A stretch of DNA of 64,000 nucleotides, taken from NCBI GenBank assembly GCA_963738335.1, contig CAVTWE010000003.1, forward strand, positions 5,433 through 69,432. The letters run 5' to 3'. Each line of letters starts with the position of its first letter. The stretch's first letter is position 1. A program made the position numbers and the translations under genes. This DNA is from Vulcanimicrobiota bacterium. Its GTDB lineage: Bacteria > Vulcanimicrobiota > Vulcanimicrobiia > Vulcanimicrobiales > Vulcanimicrobiaceae. Under the pieces are notes generated by a model that did not search any database, was not told the DNA's origin, and worked only from the letters and a program-made list of their open reading frames with translations. Positions 17,266 through 27,392 of this stretch are shown here, one piece after another.

Positions 17266-17781
17266 GTGACCCGCGTGCTGCGTTGGCGCTCGATGGCAAG
17301 TCTCGCGGCGCAACTCGTCGTGCTGGGCTTGCTGCTCGCGGCATTCTTCATGCGCACGCCGCAAGTCTGGGGCCTTTCCATGGAGCCGCAGATTCATTCG
17401 GGCCAGTACGTGCTCATCAACACCTTCGCGTATCGGCTGGGTCGACCGCATCGCGGCGACATCGTGGCCTTTCGTCACGACGCAAACGGACGCGTCTTCA
17501 TCAAGCGCGTCATCGGCCTGCCCGGAGACCGCGTTCGCATCGACCGTGGAACCGTGAGCGTCAACGGCACGGCCTTGGCCGAACCGTACGTGCACGGTGC
17601 AGATCGGCGTAGTTTCGCGGAGATCGTCGTACCGCCGCAGGCCGTCTTCGTGCTGGGTGACAATCGGACGAACAGTGAAGATTCGCGCGTCTTTGGTCCT
17701 GTCCGCGACAACACGCTCCTCGGTCACGCAATCGCCGTCATCTGGCCGCCCCACCCGCTGGGCGGGGTACTCTACCGATGA
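17266..17781 (+). CDS. lepB: signal peptidase I, paralog 3 (short form)
   Basis: GLSMEPQIHSGQYVLIN...VFIKRVIGLPGDRV...VLGDNRTNSEDSRVFGPV. Confidence 0.9.
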   Translation: MTRVLRWRSMASLAAQLVVLGLLLAAFFMRTPQVWGLSMEPQIHSGQYVLINTFAYRLGRPHRGDIVAFRHDANGRVFIKRVIGLPGDRVRIDRGTVSVNGTALAEPYVHGADRRSFAEIVVPPQAVFVLGDNRTNSEDSRVFGPVRDNTLLGHAIAVIWPPHPLGGVLYR

Positions 17782-18584
17782 CGCTACAGCATGAGGTGCA
17801 ATGGTATCCCGGTCACATGGCCAAGGCGCTCCGCCGCATCCGCGAGTATCTTCGCGCGATCGACGTGGTGATCGAAGTCGTGGACGCGCGCGTGGCGCGC
17901 AGCGGGCGCAATCCCGTGCTCGACGATCTGACGGCAAACAAGACGCACGTCGTCGCACTGAGCCGTCTCGATCTGTCGGAGCCGGCAAAGACCAAAGCGT
18001 GGGTTGCCGATTTCGAACGCCGCGGGGCCGTTGCCATCGCCGTGGACGGACGCAGCCGTCAGAGCGTCAACCGCATCGCTCAAGCGATCGCCCAGGCGCC
18101 GCCGCGCAAACGCATCTCGGGCACGGCACGGGCGATGATCGTCGGGATTCCCAACTCGGGTAAATCGACGATCGTCAACACGCTGTTACGGCGTGCCGCC
18201 GCCAAAACCGAAGCGCGCGCCGGGGTCACGCGCCAGGTACAATGGTTTCGTCTATCGCCCACGCTGGAATTGATGGATACGCCGGGCGTCTTGCCGCCGA
18301 AAATAGCCTCTGGCGAGGCGCAGTGGAAGCTCGCGCTCTGCGACGGCGTTCCGGCGCAACGCTATGATGCGCAAGAGGTCATCGCCGCGTTTGCGCAGTG
18401 GGCGTCGTCCAAGCGCCGCAACGGCGTTCCCGATCTCCAGGCGTTCGCGACTGGACGCGGTTTCGTGCGGCGCGGCGCGGAGATAGATTACCACAATGCA
18501 GCGGTCGCGTACGTCCGCGCATTCAACGACGGCGTCTTCGGACGCTTCTCGCTCGAGGACCCCAATGACGCCGAAGCAGCGTAA
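17778..18584 (+). CDS. rbgA: ribosome biogenesis GTPase A (YlqF/RbgA)
   Basis: VQWYPGHMAKALRRIRE...DVVIEVVDAR...GIPNSGKSTIVNTL...DTPGVL is a circularly permuted GTPase. ATGA overlap with lepB3. Confidence 0.93.
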   Translation: MTLQHEVQWYPGHMAKALRRIREYLRAIDVVIEVVDARVARSGRNPVLDDLTANKTHVVALSRLDLSEPAKTKAWVADFERRGAVAIAVDGRSRQSVNRIAQAIAQAPPRKRISGTARAMIVGIPNSGKSTIVNTLLRRAAAKTEARAGVTRQVQWFRLSPTLELMDTPGVLPPKIASGEAQWKLALCDGVPAQRYDAQEVIAAFAQWASSKRRNGVPDLQAFATGRGFVRRGAEIDYHNAAVAYVRAFNDGVFGRFSLEDPNDAEAA

Positions 18585-19254
18585 GGCAAGGAACGCGTAC
18601 GAGCGGGAACGGCGCCGCTTACATCGGCTGCATCGTTTCGAACTTGCGGCACGCGCCAGGGGCTTTCAGCTGGTCGGCGGCATCGACGAAGTTGGAAGAG
18701 GTCCGCTTGCCGGTCCGGTCGTTGCGGCCTGCGTCGTCGCGACCGAACCGCTTTTCATCAAAGGACTCAACGATTCGAAGCTCGTGCGGCCGGAGCTGCG
18801 CCTGGAGATCGCCGAGACGGTCAAAGTGCGCGCGACGGCATGGGCGATCGGCAGCGCATGCGTTGCCGAGATCGACCGGCTGAATATCTATTGGGCGAGC
18901 GTTCTCGCAATGGAACGTGCGCTGGCCGCCTTGAGCGCAGCGCCGGAATACTTGATCACCGACGCGGTACGCATCAAATCGTTCGGCGGTCCCCAAGAAC
19001 CGCTGATCAAAGGCGACGCGCGCTGCGCGGTCGTTGCGGCCGCTTCGATCGTCGCAAAGGTTTATCGCGACGCGTTGATGATCGAACTCGATCGCGAAGA
19101 CGGTCGCTATGGGTTCGCCTTGCATAAAGGTTACTCGACACCGCACCATATCGAAACGCTGCGCGTCCACGGTCCGAGCGTGCATCATCGCGCGAACTGG
19201 GCGCGCGTGCGCGACGCACAGATGGCGCTGGGTTTGGAATACGTTGAAGATTGA
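18565..19254 (+). CDS. rnhB: ribonuclease HII
   Basis: VGGIDEVGRGPLAGPVVAACVV...LNDSKL...ASIVAKVYRD...GYS. Confidence 0.93.
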   Translation: MTPKQRKARNAYERERRRLHRLHRFELAARARGFQLVGGIDEVGRGPLAGPVVAACVVATEPLFIKGLNDSKLVRPELRLEIAETVKVRATAWAIGSACVAEIDRLNIYWASVLAMERALAALSAAPEYLITDAVRIKSFGGPQEPLIKGDARCAVVAAASIVAKVYRDALMIELDREDGRYGFALHKGYSTPHHIETLRVHGPSVHHRANWARVRDAQMALGLEYVED

Positions 19255-19582
19255 CGGCGCCAAGGGGCGTGAGGGCGAGGACCGCGCCGCCCAGTTTTTA
19301 ATCGAACGCGGCTACCGCGTGCTTGCGCGTAACGTCCGCGTTCCCGGCGGCGAAATGGACGCGGTTTGCCTCGACGGGCCGACGCTCGTCATCGTCGAAG
19401 TGAAGCGGCGTGACTCCCACCGATTCGGCTCTGCGCTCGGTGCTGTGGACGGACGCAAGAAGGCTACGTTACGGCGCATCGCCGGCGATTACGCGCAGTT
19501 CGTCGCACCGTCCGCGCCGATTCGCTTCGACGTCGTGACGATCGAGGGACGTCAACTGCGCTTATATCGTAACGCCTTCTAG
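19244..19582 (+). CDS. YraN family endonuclease (UPF0102)
   Basis: GREGEDRAAQFLIERGYRVLARNVRVPGGEMDAV...LVIVEVKRR...RFDVVTI. I chose the TTG start. Confidence 0.85.
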   Translation: MKIDGAKGREGEDRAAQFLIERGYRVLARNVRVPGGEMDAVCLDGPTLVIVEVKRRDSHRFGSALGAVDGRKKATLRRIAGDYAQFVAPSAPIRFDVVTIEGRQLRLYRNAF

Positions 19583-19585
19583 ACG

Positions 19586-21220
19586 TTGTCCGTGCCGACG
19601 CCCTCCCGTAGCGCCGAACCCGAACTGCGCCGCACGGTAACGCCCTGGGGATCTTTCTCTTGGGGTTACTCCGATGTCGGCGCCGATATCTTCGTTGGTC
19701 TGGGCCTGGTGTTGGCGGCTGCAGCCGGCGCCGCCAACGTCGCGTTTCTTTTCGCCGGCATCGTGTACGTCTGCATCGGTCTGGCGTACACAGAACTCGC
19801 CGCCACCTATCCGGTCGCCGGCGGCGGTCAGTATTTCGTGATGCGAGGACTGGGCGATATTTTTGGGTTCCTCGCCGGTTGGGCCGTGCTGCTGGATTTC
19901 ACCATCGACGTCACGCTCTTCGCCTGGACGTCCGTGGACTACACCAGTCAACTGGCGCCGGTACTCGTCAATTCGTTGCATCCGTGGCTGCATTTCATCG
20001 TGGTGCTCGCGCTGGTCGTCGGCCTCTGCTTGCTCAACGTGATCGGCGTGCGCGAAAGCACCGCATTCAACGGCATCGTCTCCGCAATGGACGTACTCAG
20101 CGAGAGTTCAATTCTTTGCTTAGGCTTTTTGTTTGCGTTTCGGCCGGCGCTGCTGATTCATACGATGCAGCTCCACTGGCCTTCGCCATATCAACTCATG
20201 CTCGGCACGTCGCTTGCGATCATCTCGTTCGTCGGCCTGGAATCGATCTCGCAGGCGGCCCAAGAGACGCAACGCCCCGCCTCGGTCATTCCGCGAACCT
20301 CGATCGCATTGATCCTGACGATCTTGATCTTCGCGCTGGCCTACGCCAACCTGGCGCTGGGGATTCATCCGTGGCACCCGATCACCGACGCCGCCGGACA
20401 CCATCTGCAGTTCTGGCAGATTTTCCCAAACAATGCCGACAATCAAGGTAAGGCCGTCGCGCTGCTCGCAGCGCAAGTGCCGTACTACGGCGCCATTGCA
20501 GCGCTGTACGTGCCGGTGCTCGGGGCCATCTTACTGCTGATCTCCTCGAACTCCGGCGTCTTCGGCAGTTCGCGGATCGCCTATGCAATGAGCACCAGCA
20601 GTTTATTGCCGTCGGTCTTTCAGCGAGTGAGCCGGAAATATCGAACGCCGGTCATCTCGATCGTCTTCTTTTCCATCATCGCGATCGTCGAGTTGCTCTT
20701 CGCGGCCGCTCCGGCGCTCTTTCCGTCGGTCTCGATATTTTACACGCACTTCTTCCGCGGCGAAAGCGGGCTCGATTTTCTCGCCGATCTCTACGCATTC
20801 GGCGCGGCGACGAGCTACTCGTTTGTCTTCCTCGCGTTGATCGCACTGCGCTTGAACGATCCCCTCAGCCCCCGCAAGTTCAAGATTCCGTTGAACGTAC
20901 CGTTAATCTTCCGCGGCGAAAAGGTGGAGTTCCCGGTCATCGCGGTCATTGGCTTCCTCGGCATCTTCTCCATCTTGCTCTTTACACTGCGGACGCATCC
21001 GTTAGGGCGCATCTTCGGTCCGAGCTGGCTGCTATTGGGCTTCCTCTTTTATCTGTGGTACCGCAACCATCGGCGATTGCCGGTGCTGCGCTCGCAACCG
21101 CGCGACTGGCGCAACGCGCAGACCGATATCTTGCGCCGCGCCGGCGAACTGGAGTTGATGGACGAGTATATCGCCAACCTCAAAGCCAGCGAAGCGCGTC
21201 AGACGACGAAGATGCCGTAA
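19586..21220 (+). CDS. APC-family amino acid/polyamine permease
   Basis: 544 aa with about 12 TM segments. The N-terminal consensus is GLAYTELAATYPVAGGGQYFV. Confidence 0.85.
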   Translation: MSVPTPSRSAEPELRRTVTPWGSFSWGYSDVGADIFVGLGLVLAAAAGAANVAFLFAGIVYVCIGLAYTELAATYPVAGGGQYFVMRGLGDIFGFLAGWAVLLDFTIDVTLFAWTSVDYTSQLAPVLVNSLHPWLHFIVVLALVVGLCLLNVIGVRESTAFNGIVSAMDVLSESSILCLGFLFAFRPALLIHTMQLHWPSPYQLMLGTSLAIISFVGLESISQAAQETQRPASVIPRTSIALILTILIFALAYANLALGIHPWHPITDAAGHHLQFWQIFPNNADNQGKAVALLAAQVPYYGAIAALYVPVLGAILLLISSNSGVFGSSRIAYAMSTSSLLPSVFQRVSRKYRTPVISIVFFSIIAIVELLFAAAPALFPSVSIFYTHFFRGESGLDFLADLYAFGAATSYSFVFLALIALRLNDPLSPRKFKIPLNVPLIFRGEKVEFPVIAVIGFLGIFSILLFTLRTHPLGRIFGPSWLLLGFLFYLWYRNHRRLPVLRSQPRDWRNAQTDILRRAGELELMDEYIANLKASEARQTTKMP

Positions 21221-21221
21221 C

Positions 21222-21410
21222 GTGCTGGCGTTCCGCATGGTGTTAGCCGTCGTGATGGTGCTCTTGGGCGCATACATTCTCGCCGAGATGCTCGGGTCGG
21301 CGCGGGCCGGCGGATTCGCGGTTCTGCCGGGCGTGGTGCTCGGTGCGGCCATGCTGTTGCTCGGCGCGCATCGCCTGCGCTTGATCGCGCGCGTACGAGG
21401 AACGCGTTGA
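21222..21410 (+). CDS. small two-TM membrane protein
   Basis: 62 aa with two hydrophobic helices. It is translationally coupled to both neighbours. Confidence 0.45.
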   Translation: MLAFRMVLAVVMVLLGAYILAEMLGSARAGGFAVLPGVVLGAAMLLLGAHRLRLIARVRGTR

Positions 21411-22024
21411 TGCCTGAGCCCGCCGTTCACGTCACGCTGGCCGGCGCCGCAATTGCATTCCTCATCGCCGCGCTCATTGCGGCGACGCTCTACTGGATGC
21501 TCACGCCGCCGCCGTCCCACGTGCAAAAGATTGCGGCGGAGGCCGAGAGCGAGCTGGAAGGGTTGTTGGGTAGTTTGATCGTCGTGTTCTCGGCGGAAAT
21601 CGACTCTTCGCACATGATGGCGCTGGCCGCTAAACTGGCGCGCGGCGAGCGATCGGAACTGCTGGCGCTCTACATCATCGAAGTGCCGTACACGCTGCCG
21701 CCGGATGCCGAGATGGCCGTCGAGGAACGGGAGTCGCTCGACGCGCTCGGCGCAGCCGAAACCATCGCCAACCGCAATAACGTAACGATTCGCACCGAGA
21801 CGCTCAAGGCGCGCTCGACCAAACAAGCGGTTCTCGACGTCGCTAAGCGGGAAAAAGCGAATCTCATCATTTTGGGCTCGTTCCGCGAGGGGAAATATAG
21901 CAACGCTCCGCTCAGCCGAACCATCGAAGATATCGCCGCCGACGCAAAATGCGACGTCCTCATCGGCGTCGAAGGAAAACATGGGACACTTCTCATCGAT
22001 GAAACCGCCCAATCCGCTCTCTAG
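21407..22024 (+). CDS. membrane-anchored universal stress protein (UspA domain)
   Basis: An N-terminal TM segment is followed by a Usp fold: LALYIIEVP...KQAVLDVAKREKANLIILGS...IAADAKCDVLIGV. Confidence 0.8.
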   Translation: MMPEPAVHVTLAGAAIAFLIAALIAATLYWMLTPPPSHVQKIAAEAESELEGLLGSLIVVFSAEIDSSHMMALAAKLARGERSELLALYIIEVPYTLPPDAEMAVEERESLDALGAAETIANRNNVTIRTETLKARSTKQAVLDVAKREKANLIILGSFREGKYSNAPLSRTIEDIAADAKCDVLIGVEGKHGTLLIDETAQSAL

Positions 22025-22043
22025 CCTGACGAAGGAACGATGC

Positions 22044-22700
22044 ATGAACGCTAAAGTTTCGCTCCTGATCTGCGCCGCCGTCGCGGCACTCGGCACCGTC
22101 GCGCGCGCTTCGAACGACGCGCCTGCCATCGCCGCCTTCGACCGCGCCTTTGCAGCGGTCAACGACTACACGTGCGTGCTGAAGGTCCACGAAGCGAAGG
22201 GGTCGCAGACGCAAGATCGCGTTTACCAATACCAGTTCATGAAGCCGCACTTCGTCAAGACGCTCATCCTCGAAGGCGACGGCAAAGGGTCCGGCGGCGT
22301 GTGGACCGGCGGCGACGAGGTCAGCGGCCATCAAGGCGGTCTCTTCTCAGGCATGCACATGAAGATCAGCGTGCACGACCCGCGCGCGGTCTCGTTGCGC
22401 GGCATTACGATTCCCGACGGGCTGTTGCAGACGATCGTCGGCTCTTACGGGAGCATTCCCGGCAAACTGACGCAAGTAGCCGGCGGCAAAATCGAGGGCG
22501 TCGAAACCGAGCGCCTCGAACTCAAAGTCGCCGATCCGGCATCGAACCACGGCATCTCCGAGCAAATCATGTACTTCAATAAGGAGACGCACTGGCCGAT
22601 TCGTCAGATTATGTACGACGGTTCGCAGATCGTGCTTGACGAAACCATCGCCGACCTTAAAACGAACGTCGGTTTGAAGCAGTCCGACTTCCCGTTCTGA
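22044..22700 (+). CDS. secreted LolA-fold / DUF1571-like protein
   Basis: Signal peptide MNAKVSLLICAAVAALGTVARA and a GAAGGA SD. Composition resembles outer-membrane lipoprotein-sorting-like proteins. The family call is tentative. Confidence 0.55.
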   Translation: MNAKVSLLICAAVAALGTVARASNDAPAIAAFDRAFAAVNDYTCVLKVHEAKGSQTQDRVYQYQFMKPHFVKTLILEGDGKGSGGVWTGGDEVSGHQGGLFSGMHMKISVHDPRAVSLRGITIPDGLLQTIVGSYGSIPGKLTQVAGGKIEGVETERLELKVADPASNHGISEQIMYFNKETHWPIRQIMYDGSQIVLDETIADLKTNVGLKQSDFPF

Positions 22701-22878
22701 AGCACTGTTCATACTAACGGCACAGCACGCGGCGTAGCTTCAAATCCTTGCAAGTTGGCGGCTTATCCGGTCGCTGCATTCTCGTGATACATACGGCCCG
22801 ATGCAAGGGTCGGCTCTTCACAATCGCTAATGGTGGCCCGTCATTCGAGCTTCTTTGTTTGCAAATGAAAGGAAGGAA

Positions 22879-23304
22879 ATGAAGCAGCGTATACTGGCAA
22901 TTGTTGTCATAATGTTTGGTGCTGCCATGACCTCTGGAGAGGCCGATGTTGCCCCGAGCCAGACCATACGCCTAACGAACGGCTCGACAGCCGTTTCTTA
23001 CGCTCACTGCGGAGATAATGACCTCTGCGCGCGTATCAATTACCAAGACGGAACGGCTCTCTCGATCTACTCGGAAGGCGCCGCTCTGTGCCAGCCTTAC
23101 AACCTCCACTTTGTCCAAAGCGATTCCACCGGAAGGACTCTATATGAGTTCACCCGTGCAATAAACCATACGCCGCCGAAGGGGTTCAGCTGCGGACACA
23201 CCGTGTCGACCGAAATGGTCCTGGATCGAGGGTACGTTCATCTCCTGGTTACGGAAAACCCCGATGGCACGCTCAATCTAAACTTCAGCGCAATACCGAA
23301 GTGA
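22879..23304 (+). CDS. hypothetical secreted Cys-containing protein (lower-GC islet)
   Basis: SD AAAGGAAGGAA precedes the ATG. Signal peptide MKQRILAIVVIMFGAAMTSGEA. Four Cys. I recognise no family. Confidence 0.6.
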   Translation: MKQRILAIVVIMFGAAMTSGEADVAPSQTIRLTNGSTAVSYAHCGDNDLCARINYQDGTALSIYSEGAALCQPYNLHFVQSDSTGRTLYEFTRAINHTPPKGFSCGHTVSTEMVLDRGYVHLLVTENPDGTLNLNFSAIPK

Positions 23305-23760
23305 AGAAGGCACTAGCGTGGTCCGTTGTTATTTTCGCGGTGATTGTGACAACGAGAGAGGCGCAAGCGAAAGGCATCGCGTCCTACGTGCAGCCACAAG
23401 CCGGCTCTCCAGTCCAAATGCTCGGTTGTAGCGCGGCTCTCCAGTACGTCAATAGCGGGTTTGGTACAGAGTTCTACAGGTTGAACATACAGTCTCGAAT
23501 TTAAGAATCAGTCCCCTAAAGTTGCCGTCGCCGTACTGATCCGGTTTCAGCTGTCGGATGCCTTCGGCGATATTTTTGACGACAAGTTTGGCGAAAGCAC
23601 CGGGCAGTTTTCGCCCGGCGTTGAGATCGATGGCGAAAAGTGGTCCAACGAGGATATCTGGCCAGCCCTAAGCGTTGTGCGATGCTCTGTAAGCCGCGTG
23701 CTTTTTCAAGATGGATCTGTTTGGCGCGATTCAGTAAGTCCCTCGCCGGCGCCCACATAG
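23301..23760 (+). pseudogene. hypothetical secreted protein, apparent frameshift near 23490 (lower-GC islet)
   Basis: Signal peptide MKKALAWSVVIFAVIVTTREAQA, then ...FYRLNIQS stops at 23504. A protein-like frame (LEFKNQSPKVAVAVLIRFQLSDAFGDIFDDKFGESTGQF...WRDSV) continues to 23760 and has no start of its own. Confidence 0.5.
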
Positions 23761-23838
23761 CGCCCGGTTCCATGCTGTGCTCTTAGCGACGCAGGACGTA
23801 TTTGCGTCTATCGCCGCTTCAGTTGACATTGGTGCAGT

Positions 23839-24810
23839 CTATTTTGACAAGTACCGCTTGCGGAGTTCGTCGAGAACGACCGCGAGCAGAATCACCGCGC
23901 CGAGCAGCACCTTCTGTAAGTACGAATCGACGCCGAGCAGATTCATCGCGTTGTAGAGCACGCCGATGAGCAAGGCGCCGAAGAACGTGCCGATGACGCT
24001 GCCTCTTCCACCCATCAAACTCGTACCGCCCACCACAACCGCCGCGATCGACTCGAGTAGTTCGTCGCCGGTTCCGGTCTGCGGTGAACCCGACGAAAAA
24101 AGTGCCATGTAGAGAAAGCCGACAATGGCCGCGCAGCCGCCGCTGATCACGTAGACCAGTGTCTTGACGCGGCCAACGTTGATGCCGGCCAGGCGGGCCG
24201 CTTCTTCGTTGCCACCGATTGCAAATACGTACCGTCCGAAACGCGTGCGATTTAGCAATACCGATGCCGCCACGATCACGCAGATCATCCAAATCACCGG
24301 AATCGGCAGACCGGCAATTGAGCCGATGCCGGTATGTTGAAAGGCGATGCTTTGCAACGAGACCGGCCGGCCATGCGCGAGAATGAACGACGCCCCGAGC
24401 GCCATCTCCAGCATCGCCAAGGTCGTGATGAACGGCGGAAGATTCAACTTCACAACCGGCAGAGCGTTGACCCAGCCCGCAAGCGCGCCAACCGCAACCG
24501 TCACGATCAGCGTGGCAAGCACCAGGGGAAACCCACTGAGATGCGCCCAGTTTGCGAAAAGCGCGGCGACGACCCCGGTCAACGCGACGAGCGACCCCAC
24601 AGAAAGATCGATGCCCGCGGTAACGATGACAAACGTTTGTCCCACGCCAAGAATACAGTTGTAGGTAATTTGCCGCAAGACGCGCACCAGATTGCCAGGC
24701 TCAAGAAACGTTCCATGCGAGGCGACGTCCACGATGACGATCATGGCGATCAAAACCGCGATGGCGCCGCCCATGCGCAGCCAGCGCGAGCGCGCGCTGC
24801 TCTGGTTCAT
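23839..24810 (-). CDS. sugar ABC transporter permease (RbsC/BPD_transp_2 type)
   Basis: ILGVGQTFVIVTAGIDLSVGSLVAL...GGRGSVIGTFFGALLIGVL. Confidence 0.9.
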   Translation of the reverse strand: MNQSSARSRWLRMGGAIAVLIAMIVIVDVASHGTFLEPGNLVRVLRQITYNCILGVGQTFVIVTAGIDLSVGSLVALTGVVAALFANWAHLSGFPLVLATLIVTVAVGALAGWVNALPVVKLNLPPFITTLAMLEMALGASFILAHGRPVSLQSIAFQHTGIGSIAGLPIPVIWMICVIVAASVLLNRTRFGRYVFAIGGNEEAARLAGINVGRVKTLVYVISGGCAAIVGFLYMALFSSGSPQTGTGDELLESIAAVVVGGTSLMGGRGSVIGTFFGALLIGVLYNAMNLLGVDSYLQKVLLGAVILLAVVLDELRKRYLSK

Positions 24811-26307
24811 GCCGCGGCTCCGGTCGCGACGGCGATAACGCGCTCCGGCGATGCCTCAGCGCGCTCGAACGAAGCGGCGATACGCCCGTCGCGCACGACC
24901 AGCACGCGATGCGACATACCCAGCACTTCTCCCATGTCGCTGGACACCATCAGGATCGCGGCGCCGCCGCGCGCGAGCGACGCCATCAGTTTGTAAATCT
25001 CGAACTTGGCGCCGACGTCGATCCCGCGCGTCGGTTCGTCGAAAAGGAAAACGCCTGCTTTCCCGAGCAGCCATTTCGCCAGCACGACCTTCTGTTGCGT
25101 GCCGCCCGAAAGGTTTCGCGCGAGTTGCTCGGTGCCCGGCGTGCGAATCTGTAACTCGTCGATCATGCCCTGCGTCGCGCCGCGTTCGCGCGCGACGTTG
25201 ACGAGGAGATCGCGTCCAACGTAATCTCGCAGATGCGCGAGCGTTACGTTCTCCCGCACCGTCATTCCGAGCACGAGACCTTGTGCCTTTCTGTCTTCGG
25301 TAATGAATGCGACGCCCGCGCCGATATCGCCCGCGATGTCGCCCGAATGGAGCCGCTCGCCATCGACAAACACCTCGCCGCCTTCAGTAGCATCGGCGCC
25401 GGCAATTGCGCGCAAAATTTCCGTGCGGCCCGCACCGATAAGGCCGGCCATGCCGACGATTTCGCCGGCTTTCACGCCAAACGTCACATCGTCGACCATG
25501 GGGGGCCGGCGCAAGGAACGCACCTCCAAGCGTACCCGCGCGCCGCTCGGCGGCGCATCCGGAAGTTCGGGGAATAATGCATCGAGCCGGCGTCCTACCA
25601 TAGCGTGAAGGATTTCGTCGATCGGAAAGTCGCCTGCGGAACGCGTTTCGATGACCTTGCCGTCGCGCAGCACCGTGATGCGATCGGCGACGCGATGCAG
25701 TTCTTCCATGCGATGAGAAATGTAGAAGACGCCCGCTCCCGACGCGCGCAGACGGCCCACGATTTCGAAGAGGCGCTCGATCTCTCGGTCGGAGAGTGCG
25801 GCGGTCGGCTCATCCATCACGATGATGCGTGCAGACCGGGCCAATACTTTGGCGATTTCCACGAGTTGCTGCTGGGCGACGGAGAGACGGCCCGCCGGCA
25901 CGTCGGGCGGCGTGGGCACGCCGAGTTGCGCGAACGCGGCCTCCGCCGTTACGCGAGCGGCGCTGCGATCGATCCATCCCAAACGCGATGGTTCGTTCCC
26001 GAGGGTAACGTTTGCGACGGCCGTCAACTGCGGGACCAGCGTAAACTCTTGGTAGATCATCCCGATGCCCAACAGCGCAGCGCGCTGCGGCGAGTCGATC
26101 TGCACGGTTTGTCCCTCGACGACAATCTCGCCCATATCGGCGGCGATTGCACCGGCGAGGATTTTCATCAGCGTGGATTTGCCCGCACCGTTTTCGCCAA
26201 CGATCGCGTGCACTTCGGCCCTTTGGAGCGTAAGCGAAACATCGGAGAGCGCGCGCACGCCGGGAAAGGTTTTCCCGATGCCGCGCATCTCCAGCAGCGG
26301 CGCCGTC
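24807..26307 (-). CDS. sugar ABC transporter ATP-binding protein (duplicated ATPase, RbsA/MglA type)
   Basis: Two Walker A / signature sets (GENGAGKST ... LSVAQQQLVEIAK; second half LSGGTQQKVVLAKWL). I chose GTG 26307, 3 nt after the binding-protein stop. The track start at 26498 overlaps the upstream gene. Confidence 0.9.
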
Positions 26308-26310
26308 ACG

Positions 26311-27234
26311 CTATTTTGTGTAGCTGCCGACGGGAATTCTGACGGTGGCCGGCGGCGCGTGGCCGGAGAAATATTCGTGGATGACGTCGATCGTTGTGGA
26401 CCCGATTTTGGCGGGATACTGTATCGCGTCCCCATACATCTGGCCCGCCGCAATCGCTTGGCGCGCTTCGGGCGTGGCGTCGTAACCGACGATTGCAATC
26501 TTTCCCGTCATGTTGGCTGCACGCACGGCCGTCAACGCGCCAAGCGCCGAATCGTCATTGATGCCGAAGATGCCTTTGAGATCGCGATGCGCTTGCAGGA
26601 TGTCGCCCGTATCGCTGTTCGCTTTGTCACGCGTTCCGCCGGAGTCCACGTCCGCGACGATCGTGACGCCCGGACAGTGCTGAGCGATCGCATTCTTGAA
26701 TCCCTTGACGCGATCTTCGACACTCGTCACTTCCGGTTCGTCGACGATGGCGACCCCTCCGGAGCCGATGGCTTTACAGATCAACTGCCCGGCCTGATAA
26801 CCCCCTTGTACGTTGTCGCTCGCGACGTGCGCAACCACTTTCCCCTGGCTGCTCGTGTTGGCGATGTCGGCGGTGAAGACGGGAATGTTGGCGTTGTTCG
26901 CTTCGACGATTGCGCTGCCGATGGCCGCCGAATCGTACGGCGTCAGTACGATGGCGTCGACGCGTTTGGAGATGAAGTCTTCGACTTGACCTTGCTGCCG
27001 CGCGTTGTCGCGGTTCGCGTCTACGACGATCAAGTGATAGCCGTATTTTGCCGCCTCCGCGCGCATGCCCGATTCCATGTCTTGATAGAACTGGGCCTCG
27101 CGGTTTTGAATAGAAACGCCGATGGTTTTCGCGCCCGGAGCGGCGGCCGGCGTCGAGGCCGCCGAGGATTGCGACGTCGAATGCGAACAGGCGGCGACGA
27201 GGCCGAGAGCGACAATTGCGGCAATTTTACGCAT
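26311..27234 (-). CDS. sugar ABC transporter substrate-binding lipoprotein (Peripla_BP_4, RbsB-like)
   Basis: Lipobox LGLVAAC. IGVSIQNREAQFYQDME...VDAIVLTPYD...IPVFTADI...IVGYDATPEA. Confidence 0.88.
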   Translation of the reverse strand: MRKIAAIVALGLVAACSHSTSQSSAASTPAAAPGAKTIGVSIQNREAQFYQDMESGMRAEAAKYGYHLIVVDANRDNARQQGQVEDFISKRVDAIVLTPYDSAAIGSAIVEANNANIPVFTADIANTSSQGKVVAHVASDNVQGGYQAGQLICKAIGSGGVAIVDEPEVTSVEDRVKGFKNAIAQHCPGVTIVADVDSGGTRDKANSDTGDILQAHRDLKGIFGINDDSALGALTAVRAANMTGKIAIVGYDATPEARQAIAAGQMYGDAIQYPAKIGSTTIDVIHEYFSGHAPPATVRIPVGSYTK

Positions 27235-27392
27235 ACCGGCCGACTTTTGAACGTCGCATGAGGCTGAGCCTGTCTGGCGATTTTGTCCACAGTCGTGTGC
27301 TCATAGTTGTGCAATCTGTGGAGAAATGGTTAAAAACACCCTGAAAATTGCCCTTGCAACGCACGCCCTAGAGGCAGCGCCTTAAAGCAGCC

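Noticed and set aside
22701-23838. Prophage remnant or IS element in the lower-GC islet
   Set aside because: No integrase, transposase or phage-like ORF, no flanking tRNA and no terminal repeats were detected. Only two small secreted-protein genes are present.
26308-26498. Upstream extension of the ABC ATPase ORF
   Set aside because: It overlaps the 3' end of the substrate-binding protein gene. GTG 26307 gives the usual short N-terminus before the first beta-strand (LLEMRGIGKTF).
27235-27392. LacI/RbsR-type palindromic operator upstream of the sugar ABC operon
   Set aside because: There is only a loose CCACAG...CTGTGG inverted repeat and a TGTGC direct repeat. No convincing 14-20-bp palindrome is present, and no repressor gene is adjacent.
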